Positions 18,499 through 26,757 of a stretch of 32,000 nt of DNA are shown here, piece by piece. The first letter of the stretch is position 1, and every line of letters starts with the position of its first letter. Source of the stretch: Erysipelothrix inopinata (GTDB taxonomy: Bacteria > Bacillota_I > Bacilli_A > Erysipelotrichales > Erysipelotrichaceae); contig NZ_CP060715.1 of NCBI RefSeq assembly GCF_014396165.1, forward strand, positions 1,410,001 through 1,442,000. The letters are read 5' to 3'. The notes under the pieces were generated by a model. The model worked only from the letters and a program-made list of their open reading frames with translations, ran no database searches and was not told the origin of the DNA. The translations under genes were made by a program, and so were the position numbers.

Positions 18499-19452
18499 AT
18501 GAGTTTATTAGAAGTTAAAAACCTACATACCTACTTTGATACCAAACGTGGACTTGTTAAAGCGGTTAACGGTGTTTCTTTCTCAGTTGATGAGGGAAGA
18601 ACATTAGGAATCGTTGGTGAATCCGGTAGTGGAAAGAGCCAAACTGCAATGTCTATTCTTCAATTATTTGAATCTAATCAAAAAATCTATGATGGTGAAA
18701 TTATCTTTGATGGTGAAGTTATTTCTAAATATAACGAAAACCAATTAAGAAAAATTCGTGGTAATGATATCTCAATGATATTCCAAGAACCAATGACAAG
18801 TTTGAATCCTGTATTTACAGTTGAAAAACAAATCAGTGAAGTATTGATTCTTCACCAAGGAATGACCAAGAAAGAAGCATCTGTTAAATCAAAAGAGATG
18901 CTTGAAGCAGTTAAGATTCCTAATGCAGAACGCGTATTGAAATCGTATCCTCACCAACTTTCTGGTGGTATGAGTCAACGTGTTATGATTGCGATGGCAT
19001 TAGCATGTAATCCTCGTATTCTTATTGCTGACGAGCCAACGACAGCATTGGATGTTATCATTCAAGCTGAAATTTTAAAGTTGATGAATGATCTTAAAAC
19101 AAACTTTAAGACTTCAATTCTATTTATCACTCACGACTTAGGTGTTATTAGCCAAATGGCTGATGATGTTATTGTTATGTATGGTGGTAAAATTGTTGAA
19201 GCAGCTCCAATCATGTCAATTTTCAAGGATGCACGTCATCCTTATACAAAGCGTCTTATGGCAGCTTTCTTAAAGACTGACATCAATAGTCGTAAAGACC
19301 ACGATCAAGTCGCACCGGACCTCTATGAGGCTGAGAACGAAGTATTTGACTTCAAGAACTTCAGAGAGAACGGTGTTGCTGACTCAGATTGGCATCAAGT
19401 TGCTGATAATCACTTTGTAGCTGTAAACTTATTAAATAAAGAAAATGTTTAA
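18499..19452 (+). CDS. Peptide ABC transporter ATP-binding protein, OppD-like
   Basis: I prefer the ATG at 18499 (MSLLEVKNLHTYF...) after GGGAGG, rather than the track start at 18478. It has Walker A GESGSGKSQ, signature LSGGMSQR, Walker B ILIADEPTTALD, and HPYTKRLM. Confidence 0.9.
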   Translation: MSLLEVKNLHTYFDTKRGLVKAVNGVSFSVDEGRTLGIVGESGSGKSQTAMSILQLFESNQKIYDGEIIFDGEVISKYNENQLRKIRGNDISMIFQEPMTSLNPVFTVEKQISEVLILHQGMTKKEASVKSKEMLEAVKIPNAERVLKSYPHQLSGGMSQRVMIAMALACNPRILIADEPTTALDVIIQAEILKLMNDLKTNFKTSILFITHDLGVISQMADDVIVMYGGKIVEAAPIMSIFKDARHPYTKRLMAAFLKTDINSRKDHDQVAPDLYEAENEVFDFKNFRENGVADSDWHQVADNHFVAVNLLNKENV

Positions 19453-19630
19453 GTATCGAAAAAAGAAACTACTCACTGAGGAAGAAATCGATGCAAAGTT
19501 CAAAGATGTTGAACTTGAGAAAAATGACACTAAAGCAATGATTATTGCGGCACTGATAACGTTTTTACCAGTGATGGTCATGTTGATGGTTATCTTCTAT
19601 GGAGCAATATGGTTAATATTCATGCGTTAA
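19445..19630 (+). CDS. Small (61 aa) single-TM protein translationally coupled to the last Opp ATPase gene
   Basis: Its ATG overlaps the OppD-like stop (ATGTTTAA). It has a charged N-terminal half (KKKLLTEEEIDAKFKDVELEKNDTK) and a hydrophobic C-terminal helix. The operon terminator follows this ORF rather than the ATPase gene. There is no clear SD sequence. Confidence 0.45.
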   Translation: MFKYRKKKLLTEEEIDAKFKDVELEKNDTKAMIIAALITFLPVMVMLMVIFYGAIWLIFMR

Positions 19631-19636
19631 ACTAAA

Positions 19637-19676
19637 AACGAGCACTTATCGTCAATCGATAGGTGCTCGTTTCTTA
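19637..19676. terminator. Bidirectional rho-independent terminator between convergent operons
   Basis: A 15-bp stem pairs AACGAGCACTTATCG (19637-19651) with CGATAGGTGCTCGTT (19657-19671), with one G-U pair. T-rich tracts flank it on both strands. Confidence 0.85.
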
Positions 19677-19991
19677 TTTGAAGATTACTTCAGGATAACT
19701 AACTTTAAGTGTTTTCGCAAAGTTTTGATATTGATGCTGAGAGATTGAGTGATTCATGTTTTCATTGATTGTGTATTTAATTGTCTTAGAATGCGTAACA
19801 ATCTTTAACTTGCGAACCATGTTACTCTGTTCAAAAGGTGTACTCATTTCAATCTTTGTAATATTTGTATAGTTATAGCGAGTATCATTTATTTTAATTC
19901 CGTTTTCTAATACTTCGAAAGTTACTTTCTTTCGTGTTCCAATCAGAAACAGTACGATTGCAACCATGAACAAAACAAGAATTATCATCAT
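19674..19991 (-). CDS. Hypothetical membrane-anchored protein (105 aa), N-terminal TM plus a small soluble domain
   Basis: The ORF starts 5 nt downstream of the 371-aa gene stop. It has the TM helix MMIILVLFMVAIVLFLIG followed by a beta-rich-looking domain. I recognise no motif. Confidence 0.5.
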   Translation of the reverse strand: MMIILVLFMVAIVLFLIGTRKKVTFEVLENGIKINDTRYNYTNITKIEMSTPFEQSNMVRKLKIVTHSKTIKYTINENMNHSISQHQYQNFAKTLKVSYPEVIFK

Positions 19992-19996
19992 TACGA

Positions 19997-21112
19997 TTAA
20001 GTATGAAAAATCGAGTCTCCCAAAAATAATTGGGAGAAGATCGCAAGTGGTAATAAGGTGAATACTGATAGTAAGAATATAACGGTATTACGAGATTGTT
20101 GTGCTTTAAAAGTGAATTTTGTAGAAAGCGTTTCACGACTTTCATGGTCATCAAGTAAATGAGTAGATTGGTCATCAAGAAGCTGAATAAAGTTCAGGTA
20201 TTGAAGATCACCCAGAGGAATAAAATCTATGTTTATACCCGTTGTTCTGTGTTCCTTAGTATCAAGCGTAACGGTGAGTACAGTATACGTACTGGAACCA
20301 GCATGAGCATTTCGAATTGCCTTATACGAATAAACAACTTCTGATAACGGTGCATAGAAGAGTATTTCATTTTTATCTATAACCTCAAGAGTGCCATTTT
20401 CAACTTTGATTTGAAGGGAAGGTGTTAAGAACTCATAAAGTGATAATCCAATGAATCCAAGACTAAGAAGTCCAAATCCGCCCCACATTAGTGTTATGTC
20501 AGTGAATGAGTCAATGAATGATAAAAAGTCAAACCCTAATATGGATACAATCGCAATAATACCGATTGAGCATAGGAATACGATGCTGAGTCTATTAAAT
20601 ACGTTGAGAGTTTTCTGTGCATTGGATTTATAAAAGGTTACTTGATGTTCTTTCTTGAGATTGTGACGAACGATGATTTCTAGAGCAAGTGAAATCACGT
20701 TGATTGAGATTGTGATGATTGCACCTAATCCAACGGTACTCCACCCATTTAAATGTGAAAAGTCTCGATATAGAAGAAAAGAATCAAGATTGGCATTGTA
20801 TTCAATGGTAAAACTTCCATTATCGATATCGGTGAATGTAAATCCATTTTCAAAGGTTAATATTTCACCATCAATTAAAAAACTTAGATTGTCATAGGTT
20901 TTATCTGATTGTATACGAACAGGATTGGTGATGTTGTTGGCATCATCAATAGAAGAAATCGTAATATACTTTCCTGGATAAACATCAAAATACGAATAAG
21001 ACGTATCAACGAAGTCAAACTGTGTTTTAACTCCAGAGAAGGAAAGGGTGAGGATTGCGAGAACAATCCAAATCAATTTGTTTGCAAGTCGGAATGAATA
21101 TGAATTTTTCAT
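19997..21112 (-). CDS. Hypothetical polytopic membrane protein (371 aa)
   Basis: It has an AAGGAG RBS, an N-terminal signal/anchor (LIWIVLAILTLSFSG), a ~100-aa extracytoplasmic domain, several TM helices, a soluble insert and a C-terminal TM. I recognise no family. Confidence 0.7.
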   Translation of the reverse strand: MKNSYSFRLANKLIWIVLAILTLSFSGVKTQFDFVDTSYSYFDVYPGKYITISSIDDANNITNPVRIQSDKTYDNLSFLIDGEILTFENGFTFTDIDNGSFTIEYNANLDSFLLYRDFSHLNGWSTVGLGAIITISINVISLALEIIVRHNLKKEHQVTFYKSNAQKTLNVFNRLSIVFLCSIGIIAIVSILGFDFLSFIDSFTDITLMWGGFGLLSLGFIGLSLYEFLTPSLQIKVENGTLEVIDKNEILFYAPLSEVVYSYKAIRNAHAGSSTYTVLTVTLDTKEHRTTGINIDFIPLGDLQYLNFIQLLDDQSTHLLDDHESRETLSTKFTFKAQQSRNTVIFLLSVFTLLPLAIFSQLFLGDSIFHT

Positions 21113-21233
21113 TTAAAGCTCCTTGTAATGTAATATGACTATTTTATCAAATTGTTTTTGAATAGTGTATCATAGTGATGTTTGATTTTACTAATCTTAA
21201 TATTTCTATATTTTATGCACATTAAATCTAAAA

Positions 21234-21273
21234 ACATACAGTGTATGTTATAATTAGTTAGCCGACTAACTAA
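21234..21273 (+). promoter_or_regulatory. Promoter region of the marR-ABC operon with two perfect palindromes flanking the -10
   Basis: Elements in order: ACATACA-g-TGTATGT (21234-21248), TATAAT (21249-21254), and TTAGTTAG-ccga-CTAACTAA (21254-21273). The AGGAGAG RBS and the GTG at 21286 follow. Confidence 0.55.
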
Positions 21274-21285
21274 AGGAGAGATAGT

Positions 21286-21711
21286 GTGGATAATACATTA
21301 AGTAATTTGTTTCGAGAATTAGCACGAACACATCGTACTGCAGTTCAAGAATATCTCGACAATTTTGACTTGTTCATCGGACAACCTCGTTTTTTATTTG
21401 AACTTGAAGAACGTCCTGGAATAACGCAGAAGGAATTAGTGGATGCGTTACATGTATCGAAGGAAACGGTGTCAATTACTCTCAGCAGATTAGAGAATGC
21501 TGGGTTTATTCAACGAGTTGTTACTGAGAATGATCGTCGTAAGAAATCATTGTTTTTGTCTGCAAAAGGGGAAAAGGTTGTAGAACAATTGCATACTGAT
21601 TTTAATATGATTAATAACTTAATGTTTGTAAATCTATCAGAGAATGAAAAGTTGGTTTTGGAAGAATTATTTGAAAAAATGATTCTTGGTTTGAAAGAGA
21701 GGAGTCGATAA
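21286..21711 (+). CDS. MarR-family transcriptional regulator
   Basis: 141 aa with a GTG start. The winged HTH is GITQKELVDALHVSKETVSITLSRLENAGFIQRVVTENDRRKKSLFLSAKG. Confidence 0.9.
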   Translation: MDNTLSNLFRELARTHRTAVQEYLDNFDLFIGQPRFLFELEERPGITQKELVDALHVSKETVSITLSRLENAGFIQRVVTENDRRKKSLFLSAKGEKVVEQLHTDFNMINNLMFVNLSENEKLVLEELFEKMILGLKERSR

Positions 21712-21712
21712 T

Positions 21713-23446
21713 TTGAAATTATTTTATAAGCATTTTAAACCAGAGATTCCTATGGCTATATTAGGAATAATTTTTGTAGGAAGCGTCGCTTTCATTGAGT
21801 TGTATCAAATCCAGCTGATGGCTGAAATTATTGACACTGGGATTGCCCAACAAGACTTTTCAATCATTATGTCTGTGGGATTGAAAATGGTAGGATTAGC
21901 ATTATTGGGGGCAGTAATTGCCATGCTAGGACTCTATTTCCCATCGCAAGTTTCAAATAACTTTGCATTAAGTCTACGAGAAGATGTCTTTAAGAAAATT
22001 CAAACATTTTCACTTAAGAACATGTCTAATTTTCAAACTGCATCACTTGTTACCCGACTTACTAACGATATTAACTTCTTACAAAGAACGTTAATGATGG
22101 CATTAAGATTACTCGTAAGAGCACCTGTGTTCTTATTTAGTACTGTTATTATGACTTACATGATTAGCCCTGAACTATCATGGGTTATGCTTGCTGCTGT
22201 AGCATTTCTTTCAGTAGTACTTGCATATATTATTCATCAAGGGTTCCCTCGTTTTGTAAAATTACAAAAAAAGGTTGATAAGCTAAACCGTAAGGTTCAA
22301 GAATCATTGATGAACATTCGTGTTATTAAATCATTTGTTCGTGAAGACTTAGAAGACGAGAAGTTTGTTGAGGAAAATACTGAGAACTATGATGCAGCTG
22401 TAAGTGCAAACAACCTCATGGTTATCATGAACCCTGCATTAACTGCAGCAATTCACTTTGCGACACTTGTTATTGTATGGATTTCTGCATATCTTATCGT
22501 AGATGTACAATCAATTCATGTTGGGGATTTGTTGGTATTTATTAACTACTTAAGATTTACCATGTTCTCAATGTTCATGATTACAAACGTCTTGATGATG
22601 GTTTCTAGAAGTAAAGCATCGATAATTCGTGTTCGTGAAGTCATGACTACAGAACCTGATATTACTTCTAAAGATTCTGCAATTGTTCTTGATGACAATG
22701 TAGAAGGAGCATTAGCGTTTAATGATGTGACGTTCCGTTATTATGAAGGCGCTAATAATGTCCTTGAAAATATTAACTTTGAAGTTAAACCCGGTGAACA
22801 TATTGGGATTATCGGATCAACAGGGAGTGGTAAATCAACACTCATTAATCTAATGGTTCGATTACTTGATGTAAGTGAAGGATCTATCACATTAGATGGT
22901 ACAGACATTCGCGATATCGAATTGCATTCACTTCGTCGTCAGTTTGGATTCGTACCACAGAAAAACGTTCTCTTCACCGGAACAATTGGTGATAACCTTC
23001 GTTTAGGTAATGAAAATGCATCAGAAGAAACCTTAATTAGAGCAACACAAGCTGCTTCTATTTATGGATTCATTGAGGATAAAGAAAAAGGTTTTGATTA
23101 TCCAATTCAACAAGGAGGATCTAACCTCTCGGGAGGACAACGTCAACGTATGTGTATTGCACGTGCGCTTGTTATGAATCCTAAAGTGTTGGTACTTGAT
23201 GATAGTACAAGTGCACTTGATGCAGCAACAGAAGCACAAGTTAAAGAATCACTCAGCAAAATGTATTCTGATATAACGATTATTAGTATTGCTCAGAAAA
23301 TTAGTTCTGTAGCAGACAGTGATCGAATCCTTGTCTTAGATGAAGGATTGATTGTAGGAATGGGTGTTCATGAAGAACTCCTTGAAACATGTCTTGTTTA
23401 TCAAGAAATCTACAACAGTCAAATGAAGAAAGGAGAGATTGAATAA
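21713..23446 (+). CDS. ABC exporter half-transporter (TMD-NBD), subunit with degenerate Walker-B/H-loop
   Basis: 577 aa with a TTG start after GAGGAG. It has Walker A GSTGSGKST and signature LSGGQRQR. Walker B is VLVLDDSTSALD (Asp where the catalytic Glu is expected), and the H-loop is SIAQKIS (Gln instead of His). Confidence 0.9.
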   Translation: MKLFYKHFKPEIPMAILGIIFVGSVAFIELYQIQLMAEIIDTGIAQQDFSIIMSVGLKMVGLALLGAVIAMLGLYFPSQVSNNFALSLREDVFKKIQTFSLKNMSNFQTASLVTRLTNDINFLQRTLMMALRLLVRAPVFLFSTVIMTYMISPELSWVMLAAVAFLSVVLAYIIHQGFPRFVKLQKKVDKLNRKVQESLMNIRVIKSFVREDLEDEKFVEENTENYDAAVSANNLMVIMNPALTAAIHFATLVIVWISAYLIVDVQSIHVGDLLVFINYLRFTMFSMFMITNVLMMVSRSKASIIRVREVMTTEPDITSKDSAIVLDDNVEGALAFNDVTFRYYEGANNVLENINFEVKPGEHIGIIGSTGSGKSTLINLMVRLLDVSEGSITLDGTDIRDIELHSLRRQFGFVPQKNVLFTGTIGDNLRLGNENASEETLIRATQAASIYGFIEDKEKGFDYPIQQGGSNLSGGQRQRMCIARALVMNPKVLVLDDSTSALDAATEAQVKESLSKMYSDITIISIAQKISSVADSDRILVLDEGLIVGMGVHEELLETCLVYQEIYNSQMKKGEIE

Positions 23447-25239
23447 TGTCACAAAGATCAATTGTTATTGGACAGCATAAACCTAAGGACCAAAAGAAGA
23501 CGTTAAAACGACTTATTTCGTATCTAGGAGCATCTAAAGGACTCTTACTAAGTGTTATCATTGCTTCTATTATTGCGACTCTTGGTGGTCTCTATGGATC
23601 GTATGCAATCTCACCTTTAATTAAAATTATAGAGAGTGGATTAACAGGTACTGTTACTCAGGAGGTAATGTACCAACAGCTCTTTGGAAAATTAGTACTT
23701 CTCGCAATCGTATTTGCGCTTGAAGTTGTTGCAATGTATTATTCAGGACGCATGATGGTTAAAATATCACAACGTACTGTCGCAACCATTCGTAAAGAAA
23801 TGTTTGAACACATGCTACGAATGCGAGTGAGTTATCACGATGCAAATGCTCATGGTGATCTCATGAGTCGCTTTACTAACGACCTTGATTTAGTTGGTGA
23901 AGGATTGAATACAGCCGCTGCTTCAATTATCATTAATATTTTTACTCTAATTGGTACGATTATCGTTATGTTTATTTTAAGTCCAATTTTATCAGTTGTT
24001 ACGCTTGTTATTTTGCCGCTACTATCATTAATGTCTAATGTGATTGTGAAACGAAGTCGAATCTATTCGAAACGCCAACAAACATCTTTAGGTAAACTAA
24101 ATGGTTACATTGAGGAATCAATGGAAGGGCAAATGGTTATGCAATTGTTTAATCATGAAGAACAAGCTCAACAAGACTTTGGTGAGTTAAACCAAGTTTA
24201 TCGTAAGAACTCTCAATTTGCGCAAATTACATCTATCATGATTTATCCATTAATGCAAAACATCAATACAATCAGTTATGCATTGATTGGCATCGTGGGG
24301 GGATATCTCGCAATATTCCACGGTTTAAGTGTTGGAGACTTGGGAGCGTATGTAAACATGACGCGTACACAAGGAAAACCAATTAATGAAATTTCAAGTC
24401 AATTCACTACTTTACAATCAGCGATTGCTTCCGCAGAACGTATTTTCGAATTCCTTGATTGGGAACTTGAACCGGTTAGCGAAGATGACGTAATCTTAGA
24501 AAATGTCGTAGGTGATGTTCGCTTTGAGAATGTCGTATTTGGATATAATCCATCCAAACCTGTCTTGAAGGATGTAACTTTCTGGGCTAAACCAGGCCAA
24601 AAAATTGCGTTCGTAGGATCAACGGGTGCAGGTAAAACTACAATTACTAACCTGATCTCAAGATTCTATGATATCGATTCAGGTAAGATTCTTATTGATG
24701 GTCAAGATATTGATACTTTAAATCGTCTTGAACTTCGAAAACATATTGCGATGGTACTTCAAGATACGCACTTATTCAGTGGTACTATCATGGAAAACAT
24801 TCGTTATGGTAATCTAGAAGCGACAGATGAAGAATGTATTGCAGCCGCTAAACTTGCGAATGCACACCATTTCATAAAAATCCTAGAACATGGTTATGAT
24901 ACTGAAATATCTGGTGATGGAGATGACTTATCTCAAGGACAAAAACAACTCTTGAATATTGCTCGTGCAGCCGTAGCCAATCCAAGTATCTTGATCTTAG
25001 ACGAAGCAACATCGTCCATTGATACACGTACTGAAAGATTGATTGAAAAGGGTATGGATTCCATTATGGAAGGGCGTACCACATTCGTAATCGCACATAG
25101 ACTTTCTACGGTTCGTAATGCCAATGCCATTATTGTGTTGGAAAATGGACAAATCGTAGAACGTGGAGACCATGATGATCTCATGAAGCAAAATGGTCGT
25201 TATGCATCACTTTACACAGGTCAAACTGAATTAAGTTAA
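23446..25239 (+). CDS. ABC exporter half-transporter (TMD-NBD), subunit with canonical catalytic residues but degenerate signature
   Basis: 597 aa, with its ATG overlapping the upstream stop (TAATG). It has Walker A GSTGAGKTT, Walker B ILILDEATSSID, and H-loop VIAHRLSTV. The signature is LSQGQKQL instead of LSGGQ. Confidence 0.9.
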   Translation: MSQRSIVIGQHKPKDQKKTLKRLISYLGASKGLLLSVIIASIIATLGGLYGSYAISPLIKIIESGLTGTVTQEVMYQQLFGKLVLLAIVFALEVVAMYYSGRMMVKISQRTVATIRKEMFEHMLRMRVSYHDANAHGDLMSRFTNDLDLVGEGLNTAAASIIINIFTLIGTIIVMFILSPILSVVTLVILPLLSLMSNVIVKRSRIYSKRQQTSLGKLNGYIEESMEGQMVMQLFNHEEQAQQDFGELNQVYRKNSQFAQITSIMIYPLMQNINTISYALIGIVGGYLAIFHGLSVGDLGAYVNMTRTQGKPINEISSQFTTLQSAIASAERIFEFLDWELEPVSEDDVILENVVGDVRFENVVFGYNPSKPVLKDVTFWAKPGQKIAFVGSTGAGKTTITNLISRFYDIDSGKILIDGQDIDTLNRLELRKHIAMVLQDTHLFSGTIMENIRYGNLEATDEECIAAAKLANAHHFIKILEHGYDTEISGDGDDLSQGQKQLLNIARAAVANPSILILDEATSSIDTRTERLIEKGMDSIMEGRTTFVIAHRLSTVRNANAIIVLENGQIVERGDHDDLMKQNGRYASLYTGQTELS

Positions 25240-25244
25240 ATGTT

Positions 25245-25252
25245 ATATTATG
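25245..25252. repeat. Target-site duplication, left copy (ATATTATG)
   Basis: The identical 8-mer lies directly outside both inverted repeats. An 8-bp TSD is typical of the ISL3 family. Confidence 0.85.
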
Positions 25253-25278
25253 GGCTCTTGAAAATCTAGTGTTGGTGA
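25253..25278. repeat. IS terminal inverted repeat (transposase-distal end)
   Basis: GGCTCTTGAAAATCTAGTGTTGGTGA compares with the reverse complement of the other end, GGTTCTTTAAAATCTGGTGTTGGTGA. Confidence 0.85.
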
Positions 25279-25303
25279 ACTCCAATATTGATTTAGAGTC
25301 ACG

Positions 25304-25337
25304 GCTCCATCACATTAATTTGTGGTGGAGCTTTTTA
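25304..25337 (+). terminator. Inward-facing rho-independent terminator inside the IS end
   Basis: GCTCCATCAC (25304-25313) pairs with GTGGTGGAGC (25322-25331), followed by TTTTT. It is oriented to stop plus-strand transcription entering from the ABC exporter operon, and it overlaps the transposase stop codon. Confidence 0.55.
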
Positions 25338-26615
25338 TAATTGTAATGGTAACATTGTGTTGCTTATAAGTAAAACTCTCGCTCTAAAATTTGTGAATGA
25401 TCGATACCCGAATGCAATTCTCTTAATTACTTTTATTAAGTTATTAGTACCTTCTAATTTTCCGTTTGAGTATTCATAAGTAAGTGCATTAAGTATCGAT
25501 GTTTTATGATAGTTGAATGTATTGATTGTGGTTTGAATCGTCTTGGGTAGATGTTTGTAATTCTTGGATATTAAGTCTTCGAAATAGTCTATTTGCCTGT
25601 TATTGATAGAGAGCCGTATTCGCTGCATTAACCAATAACACTCTTCGAGTTCTTTTGAAGATCTCAAGAGTTCATCGACGACCTGTTGTTCAGTCATAAG
25701 ATGAGGGAAACACTTAAAGTGCTTATATTCTTTGTCATCTAAATCATCTTGAGTCATCATTAAGAGTTTCCAATACTTCTTCAATTTAGAGTAGTATTGT
25801 TTATTCTCTTTCATAACTTGCGTCCTTACAGAGTTGAATGATCGATTAATAAGCTGAACGACATGGAATCTATCGGTAATTATTTTAGCGTTAGGGAAAC
25901 AGGACTTTACGAGGTCGATATATCCTTTAAACATATCCATAGAAACAGTCTCTACTTGTTTTCTAACTTCAAGAGGGAATGAAAAGAAATAAGACTTGAG
26001 GAAACCAATATGACGATGCGTAAGGATATCCAGTATCTTACCTGTATCAGCGTCTGTAAAAATAAATGACATCTTACCCTTAACCTCTTTAACTGACTTA
26101 AACTCATCGAAGGATAGGTTCTTGGGCAAGGAATTGTGAGGTTGAATAAACTTTGAATTGATATTTGTGATCCAAGAGTTAATGGTAGTGTGAGAGATAT
26201 TATTACTCTTTGATATATCCCAAACAGAACGTTTTGTCTTAATTTCTAAAAGTACTTTATGATAGGTGTTCTTGGATATGGAGCAGTTTTTATCAACTAG
26301 GTTTGTTTGAGAGATAAATGTATGCGAACACATCTTGCAGTAATAGCGTTGTTTTTTAAGTTTTAAGTAGGTTGTGAAATTAGAACACTTTGGAAGTTTA
26401 ATTGTGACAGACTTAGTTCCGTTTTTAATAATAGAGTTATCTTGATTAATGCAACCACATTTTGTGCAATAATCGGGATGATCCGGAGAGTGTGTAGCGT
26501 ATACAACGTGAGATAAAACTCCTTTTATGACTTCTTGTTGAACACTTTCATCTGAAAAATGTATGGATTTGTCTTTAATATTAAGTAAAATTCGTGTATT
26601 ATTTTGATTGGACAT
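25335..26615 (-). CDS. ISL3-family transposase
   Basis: 426 aa. It has N-terminal zinc-finger-like CTKCGC...CKMCSH, then DRFHVVQLINR and the C-terminal NGKLEGTNNLIKVIKRIAFGYRSFTNFRARVLL, which are characteristic of ISL3 (IS1167/IS1165-like) transposases. Confidence 0.92.
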   Translation of the reverse strand: MSNQNNTRILLNIKDKSIHFSDESVQQEVIKGVLSHVVYATHSPDHPDYCTKCGCINQDNSIIKNGTKSVTIKLPKCSNFTTYLKLKKQRYYCKMCSHTFISQTNLVDKNCSISKNTYHKVLLEIKTKRSVWDISKSNNISHTTINSWITNINSKFIQPHNSLPKNLSFDEFKSVKEVKGKMSFIFTDADTGKILDILTHRHIGFLKSYFFSFPLEVRKQVETVSMDMFKGYIDLVKSCFPNAKIITDRFHVVQLINRSFNSVRTQVMKENKQYYSKLKKYWKLLMMTQDDLDDKEYKHFKCFPHLMTEQQVVDELLRSSKELEECYWLMQRIRLSINNRQIDYFEDLISKNYKHLPKTIQTTINTFNYHKTSILNALTYEYSNGKLEGTNNLIKVIKRIAFGYRSFTNFRARVLLISNTMLPLQL

Positions 26616-26723
26616 AGATGATGGATCCCTTTCTCTGGTTGTGGTGACTTTAGTATAGAGGATTTACTTATCTATGTCTTTTTTTATTATCTAAAATAAA
26701 AAAGTGTTGATGAGATAAATATC

Positions 26724-26749
26724 TCACCAACACCAGATTTTAAAGAACC
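26724..26749. repeat. IS terminal inverted repeat (transposase-proximal end)
   Basis: TCACCAACACCAGATTTTAAAGAACC is the reverse complement partner of 25253-25278. Confidence 0.85.
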
Positions 26750-26757
26750 ATATTATG
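26750..26757. repeat. Target-site duplication, right copy (ATATTATG)
   Basis: It is identical to 25245-25252. Confidence 0.85.

Larger units (their letters stand above)
25253..26749 (-). mobile_element. ISL3-family insertion sequence (1497 bp), apparently intact
   Basis: It has a single transposase ORF, terminal IRs matching at 23 of 26 positions, and a perfect 8-bp direct repeat flanking the element. Confidence 0.9.

Noticed and set aside
19894-21097. Several 60-94-aa ORFs on both strands overlapping the 371-aa membrane protein gene (19894..20178, 20159..20344, 20451..20633, 20673..20897, 20884..21066, 20909..21097).
   Set aside because: All are nested in or antisense to the longer ORF, which has an AAGGAG RBS and coherent TM topology. 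They are AT-rich shadow ORFs.
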